Shown piece after piece: positions 58,541 through 64,000 of a stretch of 64,000 nucleotides of DNA. Each line of letters opens with the position of its first letter. Position 1 is the stretch's first letter. Below the pieces are notes generated by a model. The model made no database searches, had not been told where the DNA came from, and worked only from the letters and a program-made list of their open reading frames with translations. Location: contig JAYKGY010000135.1 of assembly GCA_035285545.1 (NCBI GenBank), positions 16,874 to 80,873 of the forward strand, read 5' to 3'. Made by a program: the position numbers and the translations under genes. This stretch comes from Snowella sp. Its GTDB lineage: Bacteria > Cyanobacteriota > Cyanobacteriia > Cyanobacteriales > Microcystaceae.

Positions 58541-59617
58541 ATGACTCAAATTACACCGCAAGTCATTCGTCTTGATCTCTCTACCCATTGCCAACTCAAA
58601 TGTCCTTCTTGCCCCACGGCTCAGGGAATTATTAAAGAACAATTAGGGGCGGGGTTTGTTAGCCTTGAGAATTTCAAAAAAATTATTGCCGATAATCCAG
58701 AGGTCATGTCTATTGAACTGTCTAACTGGGGAGAAGTCTTATTAAACCCGCAATTGCCACAGATGTTGGAATATGCCTATCAAAAAAATGTCCTGATAAA
58801 TATTGGCAATGGGACGAATCTAAACACAGCAAAGCCTGAAGTATTAGAATCGCTCGTTAAATATCAAGTTCGAGTCATTACTTGTGCAATTGATGGAGCT
58901 AGCCAAGAAACTTACGTTAGATACCGCATTGGAGGCAACTTTGAAAGAGTGATTGAAAACATTAAAATTATTAATCAGTTTAAAAAACAATATAAAACTG
59001 ACTTTCCCATTTTACTCTGGCAATTTGTCGCCTTTGGCCATAATGAACACGAGATTCAAAAAGCTCGACAACTTGCCCAGCAATTAAATATGGAATTTTA
59101 TCTTAGGCTCTCGTGGGATGAAGAAATATCACCCTTAAAACAGCCTGAAAATCTTCGTTCTGAAGTTCATAGCCAAGTAACCAGCCAGAGTGAATTTCTA
59201 CAAAAATATCAAAGGGATTATATGAATCAATATTTTTGTAAGCAAATGTTTCAATCTCCACAAATTAACTGGGATGGTAGAATTTTAGGCTGTTGTATTA
59301 ATTCCTGGGGAGATTACGGCAACGCATTTGAACAACCTTTGAAACAATCGCTGAATAATCCTAAATTGCGCTACGCCAGACAAATGCTACTCGGAAAAGC
59401 CTCCACTAGGGAAGATATTCCTTGCAGTAACTGTTATGTTTATCAAAACATGAAAAAACATAATACTTATCTTCAACCTAACGAAATTCAAGAATCTTGG
59501 CTATATCGTTTAGGCGTAAAGTGGGGACGATTAGGCGTTAGTACTCTGAAATATTCTTGGCTTTCTCGAAAATGGCTAGAAACCAATATTAAATCAATAA
59601 TTAAAAAACTGCCTTAG
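58541..59617 (+). CDS. Radical SAM enzyme with SPASM/twitch auxiliary cluster domain
   Basis: CQLKCPSC, NWGE..LNP, IDGA..ETY..YR..G, C...INWDG....CC....GN...C.NC motifs. Confidence 0.9.
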   Translation: MTQITPQVIRLDLSTHCQLKCPSCPTAQGIIKEQLGAGFVSLENFKKIIADNPEVMSIELSNWGEVLLNPQLPQMLEYAYQKNVLINIGNGTNLNTAKPEVLESLVKYQVRVITCAIDGASQETYVRYRIGGNFERVIENIKIINQFKKQYKTDFPILLWQFVAFGHNEHEIQKARQLAQQLNMEFYLRLSWDEEISPLKQPENLRSEVHSQVTSQSEFLQKYQRDYMNQYFCKQMFQSPQINWDGRILGCCINSWGDYGNAFEQPLKQSLNNPKLRYARQMLLGKASTREDIPCSNCYVYQNMKKHNTYLQPNEIQESWLYRLGVKWGRLGVSTLKYSWLSRKWLETNIKSIIKKLP

Positions 59618-59645
59618 ATCTAAAGTAACTTGAGAAAAATCAAAG

Positions 59646-60818
59646 ATGGCTAAAAAAATTTTAGTTTTAACAATCGGTGGCGGCGCAGCTCATAATTTGA
59701 CAGCTTTTGCTTTGAAACAAAAAATAGCTCAACAAGAAGACAATAATATTGATGTTAGGATTGAAGATCTTTATGCAAAAACTAATCTGATTACGGATGG
59801 CGCGGTCCTATTTTATAGTTGGCTTCATCGCCATGCTCCCTGGTTTCATCATGTATATTTTTGGATTAGTGAAACTCCCTACGTGATGTGGTGGATGAAG
59901 ACGCTTGTAATTTATAGTTACTATAAAAAGCTAATTCAAGAATACTGTCCTGATATAATTATTAGCGTTTTCAGTGGGTATAATCGACGCTATTTTTCGG
60001 TCGCTAAATCCATTTTGGGAGAAAAGACGTTTTGTGTTACTCTATGCCCTGAGTATACTGGCGGTTATGGTTTTAGTTATCATTGGGTAGATCCCAAAGC
60101 GGATGTTTTTTGGTGCCACACTGAAGCTGTAAAGCAACAAGCACTTAAGTTAGGAATGCCGCTTCAAAAAATTTGGCTTTCTTCAAATTTACTACGAGAA
60201 AATTTTTACCAAAAGCCATTAACAAGCTTAGAAAAACAACAATTTTTAACCCAAGAACTCCAGTTAAGCACGCATAAATTTACCTTATTGTTTTCGACGA
60301 ATGGTTCAGGCTCCCAAAATCATATTGATTTACTTAATGTACTTTTACCATTAGCAGATAAAGTTCAAGTAATTATTCTTTGTGGAAATAATCAATCTGC
60401 TAAGATAATCGTTAAAAGATGGTGTCAGGATCATCCAAGCTTACAAAGCTGCGTGTTAGGGTTTACTGAAAAAATTCCCCAACTGCTTCAGGTTAGTCAG
60501 GCTAATATCCAACGCCCAGGATTTTTAATCACTGCGGAATCCGTATATTGTCAATGTCCAATTATTTTCAATGGAATTGGAGGTTTTATGCCCCAAGAAC
60601 TTCTTGCTATTCGTGCTTTAGTTCCTCAAAAAATAGCAGTTACCATGACTCATCCTCGGCAAATTCTTGCTATTGTTAATAATTGGCTTAAATATCCAGA
60701 GCAATATCAAATCATGTGTCAAGCCCATCAAAATTATTATCATTATCCTGTCTCGGCTCAAGATCGTATTCAAGAGTTGATAAATATTTTAAAAAATTCA
60801 AGAATTAACAGTCAATAA
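59646..60818 (+). CDS. GT28 MGDG-synthase/UgtP-like glycosyltransferase, paralogue 1
   Basis: LTIGGGAAH, PDIIIS, HW, ILCGNN, LGFT, RPG and MPQE motifs. Confidence 0.8.
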   Translation: MAKKILVLTIGGGAAHNLTAFALKQKIAQQEDNNIDVRIEDLYAKTNLITDGAVLFYSWLHRHAPWFHHVYFWISETPYVMWWMKTLVIYSYYKKLIQEYCPDIIISVFSGYNRRYFSVAKSILGEKTFCVTLCPEYTGGYGFSYHWVDPKADVFWCHTEAVKQQALKLGMPLQKIWLSSNLLRENFYQKPLTSLEKQQFLTQELQLSTHKFTLLFSTNGSGSQNHIDLLNVLLPLADKVQVIILCGNNQSAKIIVKRWCQDHPSLQSCVLGFTEKIPQLLQVSQANIQRPGFLITAESVYCQCPIIFNGIGGFMPQELLAIRALVPQKIAVTMTHPRQILAIVNNWLKYPEQYQIMCQAHQNYYHYPVSAQDRIQELINILKNSRINSQ

Positions 60819-60836
60819 TTGCAAAAAATCAAAATT

Positions 60837-62009
60837 ATGACATCTCAAGCATTACGAATTTTATTGTTGACATCTAATACAGGTTATGCCCATAATGCTG
60901 CGGCAAATGCTATTAAAGAGTGGCTTGAATATTTTTGTCAAAATCGTGTAATAGTAGAAATTGAGTATCTTTTAGAAAACTCTAATTGGCTCTATCGGCA
61001 GGATGTTAAACTCTATAATTTTATTCAACGAAATATTCCACGATTACATATTATTTTTTATGTAATTTTAGAATATCATCAATATTTTCAAGATATTCGT
61101 CCCTATCGCCTTTTCATAGGAAAAAAATATTGGACAGAACGCCTTAAAGAATTTCGTCCTGATGTCATTATTTCTACCCATTGTCAAATCAATTTAAAAT
61201 ATTTTGATCTAGCCAAACAAATTTTAGGAAATCAAGTAAAATTTGTGACTTATTGCACAGAAATTGATGGCGGACGAGGATTTACCCATAATTGGATTAA
61301 TCCGATTGTGAATGTTTTTTGGTCACAAACCCCTGAAGTGACTGATCAAGCATTACAAATGAAGCTGGATCCTAAACAGATTTTTACTTGGGGAACGTTA
61401 TTGAATCGTTCATTTTATCAACCGCCTTTAACGGAGACTGAAAAAAATTTTTTTTTAAAACAAGAACTTAATCTTGAGCCTGAACGGTTTACGATTTTGT
61501 TAGGGACAGGAGGGGCAGGAGCTAATAATCATTTGCGCTTTTTACGACGACTTTTACCCTTGCAAGACCAAATTCAAGTGATTGCGCTTTGTGGGAAAAA
61601 TGTTACAATCCGATCCAAATTGGAAAATTGGCGATCGCGGCATCCAGATTTCTCGCTTTGTGTGTTACCCTTTACCGATAAAATGGCAACGCTATTACAG
61701 GTTAGTTCTGTCGTTGTTGCGCGTCCGGGGGCAAGAACCTCGATCGAATCTATCCATTGCGGATGCCCAATGATTTTTAACCTATTGGGGGGAATCATGC
61801 CTCAAGAACTATTAGCGATACGATATTTTAAAGCAAGAAACATTGAGCATTCTGTTCGTTGGCCCCGTCAATTATTACCCATTATTCAAAAATGGTTAGA
61901 GCAACCGGAAGCTTATCAACAATTAAAACACCGTATCACCTCTACTTACCAACCGTCTGATCCTGAGCAAACTATCAATCATTTATTTAAGGAAATAACG
62001 CTTCCTTAA
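60837..62009 (+). CDS. GT28 MGDG-synthase/UgtP-like glycosyltransferase, paralogue 2
   Basis: LTSNTGYAH..AA, RPDVIISTH, GTGGAG, LCGKN, ARPGART and MPQE motifs. Confidence 0.82.
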   Translation: MTSQALRILLLTSNTGYAHNAAANAIKEWLEYFCQNRVIVEIEYLLENSNWLYRQDVKLYNFIQRNIPRLHIIFYVILEYHQYFQDIRPYRLFIGKKYWTERLKEFRPDVIISTHCQINLKYFDLAKQILGNQVKFVTYCTEIDGGRGFTHNWINPIVNVFWSQTPEVTDQALQMKLDPKQIFTWGTLLNRSFYQPPLTETEKNFFLKQELNLEPERFTILLGTGGAGANNHLRFLRRLLPLQDQIQVIALCGKNVTIRSKLENWRSRHPDFSLCVLPFTDKMATLLQVSSVVVARPGARTSIESIHCGCPMIFNLLGGIMPQELLAIRYFKARNIEHSVRWPRQLLPIIQKWLEQPEAYQQLKHRITSTYQPSDPEQTINHLFKEITLP

Positions 62010-62038
62010 TCTCTCTTGAAATTCAAACTTTAATTTAA

Positions 62039-62695
62039 ATGATAAAAATTTCTCCTATGCTTCATCAAAAAATATTTCTTTATCTAACCCGTCAAAGTAA
62101 AATAAACATATTGACGATAATTGCTTTTATTTTTTTATGCTTTCAAATTCCAGAGCCTTGCTGGGGAAAATCTCTTCCTAATTTTTCGTCTTCATTAGCA
62201 ATTTCCCCTTCTCTCATCAGCCAAAATAATAATGATATAACTATTACAGGAAACAATGGAAATTATGAAATTCGGCTTTTAGTGAATAGTTCTTTAGAAA
62301 AAACATGGAAAGCGATAACAAATTATACAAAGATCAATAACTTTATTCCTACTGTGATATCCAGTAAGGTTATCGAAGCTAAGGAAAATCAAAAAATTCT
62401 TGATCAAGTCTATCAAGGTGATTATACTTTAGGTGTAAAAGCAAAAGTCCGCGTGCAGGTTAAAGAATCTTATCCGAAAGAAATTAAGATTAATCTTGTT
62501 AAAGGGGACTTCCTCAATAAACTTCAAGGCAAATTCAGTTTACAGCCAATTAATTCTAAACAATTATTGTTAATTTATACTGTCAATATTGATCCCAAGA
62601 TTCCTTTTTCTAAAGAGTTATTTTTTAATATGTATAAAGATAGTCTAATTGAAAGCATGGGGCTATTGAAAAGAATTCTTGAATCCCGTGCTTGA
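62039..62695 (+). CDS. SRPBCC/START (polyketide cyclase-like) domain protein with N-terminal signal/TM
   Basis: W..ITNY..I..FIP.V.SS.V, LDQ, GDF...L.G and Y.V...P motifs. Confidence 0.75.
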   Translation: MIKISPMLHQKIFLYLTRQSKINILTIIAFIFLCFQIPEPCWGKSLPNFSSSLAISPSLISQNNNDITITGNNGNYEIRLLVNSSLEKTWKAITNYTKINNFIPTVISSKVIEAKENQKILDQVYQGDYTLGVKAKVRVQVKESYPKEIKINLVKGDFLNKLQGKFSLQPINSKQLLLIYTVNIDPKIPFSKELFFNMYKDSLIESMGLLKRILESRA

Positions 62696-62777
62696 TAAAT
62701 AAACATGGGCCTCGTATCAATGACTAGGCTAAATGACAGGTTACAATCAGATTAGTCCCTTCGATTTTTTCTTTCTA

Positions 62778-64000
62778 GTGGAAATCTCCTCATTATCTTC
62801 TATCAAATTTGATCCGATTGATGAAGCCTTAGCCGCCATTAAGGCCGGTCGCCCTATTGTTGTTGTAGATGACGAAAATCGGGAAAATGAGGGGGATGTG
62901 ATTTGTGCGGCTCAGTTTGCCACCCCAGACATGATTAATTTTATGGCGGTCGAAGCGAGGGGCTTAATCTGTCTAGCTATGACAGGAGAGCGTTTAGATA
63001 CGCTGGATTTACCCTTAATGGTGACGAAGAATACGGATAGTAACCAAACCGCTTTTACCGTCAGTATCGATGCTTCACCGCGTTTAGGGGTAACCACGGG
63101 GATTTCCGCAGAAGACCGTGCCCGTACTATCCAAATTGCCATTAATCCCAGTACTCACCCTGATGATCTCACTCGTCCCGGCCATATTTTTCCCCTTCGA
63201 GCTAAGGATGGTGGGGTATTAAAGCGGGCAGGCCATACGGAAGCGGCTGTGGATTTGGCTCGGTTAGCGGGACTGTATCCAGCCGGGGTGATCTGTGAGA
63301 TCCAAAATGCTGATGGCTCCATGGCTCGTTTACCGCAGTTGTTTGACTATGCTCAAAAACACCAGTTAAAGCTGATTACGATCGCGGATTTAATTAGTTA
63401 TCGCCTGAAACATGACCGCTTTGTGATTCGGGAAACAGTATGTGATTTTCCCAGCCAATTCGGGAGTTTTAAACTTTATGCCTATCGTAATTTATTAGAC
63501 CAAACGGAACATATTGCTATTGTCAAAGGCGATCCCGCCCAGTTTAGTCAGCAGCCAGTGATGGTGAGAATGCACTCAGAATGTTTAACCGGGGATGCGT
63601 TGGGTTCCCTGCGTTGTGACTGTCGGATGCAATTACAAGCGGCGTTAAAAATGCTGGAAAATCACGGGCTAGGGGTGGTGGTTTATCTGCGTCAAGAAGG
63701 GCGGGGCATTGGGTTAGTCAATAAATTAAAAGCCTATTCCTTACAGGATTTGGGCTATGACACAGTGGAGGCCAATGAACGCCTTGGGTTTCCGGCAGAT
63801 CTGCGGGATTACGGCATGGGGGCCCAAATGTTAAATGATTTGGGGGTGAAACAAATTCGCTTAATTACGAATAATCCTCGCAAAATCGCCGGGTTGAAGG
63901 GTTACGGATTAGAGATTGTGGAGCGGGTTCCTTTACTGATTGAAGCCAATGATTACAATTCCCATTACCTCACCACCAAAGGGGAAAAATTGGGGCATTG
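62778..64000 (+). CDS. ribBA: Bifunctional DHBP synthase / GTP cyclohydrolase II (5' part, runs off the window end)
   Basis: Missing from the ORF track. Manual translation from GTG 62778 gives VVVDDENRENEGD, TAFTVSID, RPGHIFPL, RAGHTEA, VRMHSECLTGD...RCDC, RQEGRGIG, RDYG and TNNPRK. Confidence 0.95.
   Translation, partial: MEISSLSSIKFDPIDEALAAIKAGRPIVVVDDENRENEGDVICAAQFATPDMINFMAVEARGLICLAMTGERLDTLDLPLMVTKNTDSNQTAFTVSIDASPRLGVTTGISAEDRARTIQIAINPSTHPDDLTRPGHIFPLRAKDGGVLKRAGHTEAAVDLARLAGLYPAGVICEIQNADGSMARLPQLFDYAQKHQLKLITIADLISYRLKHDRFVIRETVCDFPSQFGSFKLYAYRNLLDQTEHIAIVKGDPAQFSQQPVMVRMHSECLTGDALGSLRCDCRMQLQAALKMLENHGLGVVVYLRQEGRGIGLVNKLKAYSLQDLGYDTVEANERLGFPADLRDYGMGAQMLNDLGVKQIRLITNNPRKIAGLKGYGLEIVERVPLLIEANDYNSHYLTTKGEKLGH

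Noticed and set aside
56830..62695. RiPP interpretation of the rSAM-SPASM + P450 cluster
   Set aside because: No convincing precursor (no leader motif, no Cys- or aromatic-rich core), RRE or peptidase. The flanking enzymes act on lipids and sugars.
62696..62777. FMN riboswitch upstream of ribBA or ribE
   Set aside because: The leaders are too short and lack the RFN consensus (e.g. AGGGCGGGGTGAAATTCCC).
62912..63142. 76-aa minus-strand ORF
   Set aside because: Antisense to ribBA, which is the real gene and runs off the window end.

Overview
This is 64 kb of a cyanobacterial chromosome: HIP1 GCGATCGC occurs throughout, apcABC is present, and several proteins resemble Synechocystis-type orthologues. 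Contents in order: (1) a 2Fe-2S ferredoxin; (2) the competence nuclease ComA (PLD + HhH); (3) a 12.7-kb glycosylation operon (fused GT4/GT2 enzymes, two GT-C-like membrane proteins, a polyprenyl-P sugar synthase, GtrA, GT4); (4) pilT2, DUF3370 and riboflavin synthase; (5) a four-gene light-signalling cluster (biliverdin-type phytochrome, Rcp regulator, DXCF-cyanobacteriochrome hybrid kinase, REC-HK); (6) DUF58, SpkF-like kinase, IscA, an ECF S-component, apcABC, HEAT and DUF202 genes; (7) an orphan phnDCE interrupted by REP-like hairpins; (8) a wzx/FkbM/AsnB-like cassette beside an IS701 remnant; (9) VOC, pentapeptide and triple-repeat genes; (10) a FimU-PilV-PilW-PilX minor-pilin operon behind a 0.9-kb regulatory region with CRP- and NtcA-like sites; (11) a HIP1-poor divergent cluster, with P450 plus two LpxL/PatA-type acyltransferases facing MFS, radical SAM-SPASM, two MGDG-synthase-like GT28s and an SRPBCC protein; (12) the 5' part of ribBA. 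The divergent cluster (11) is the best candidate for an undescribed system, probably an acylated glycolipid pathway. No rRNA, tRNA or CRISPR array was seen. All calls come from motif reading by eye; no searches were run.
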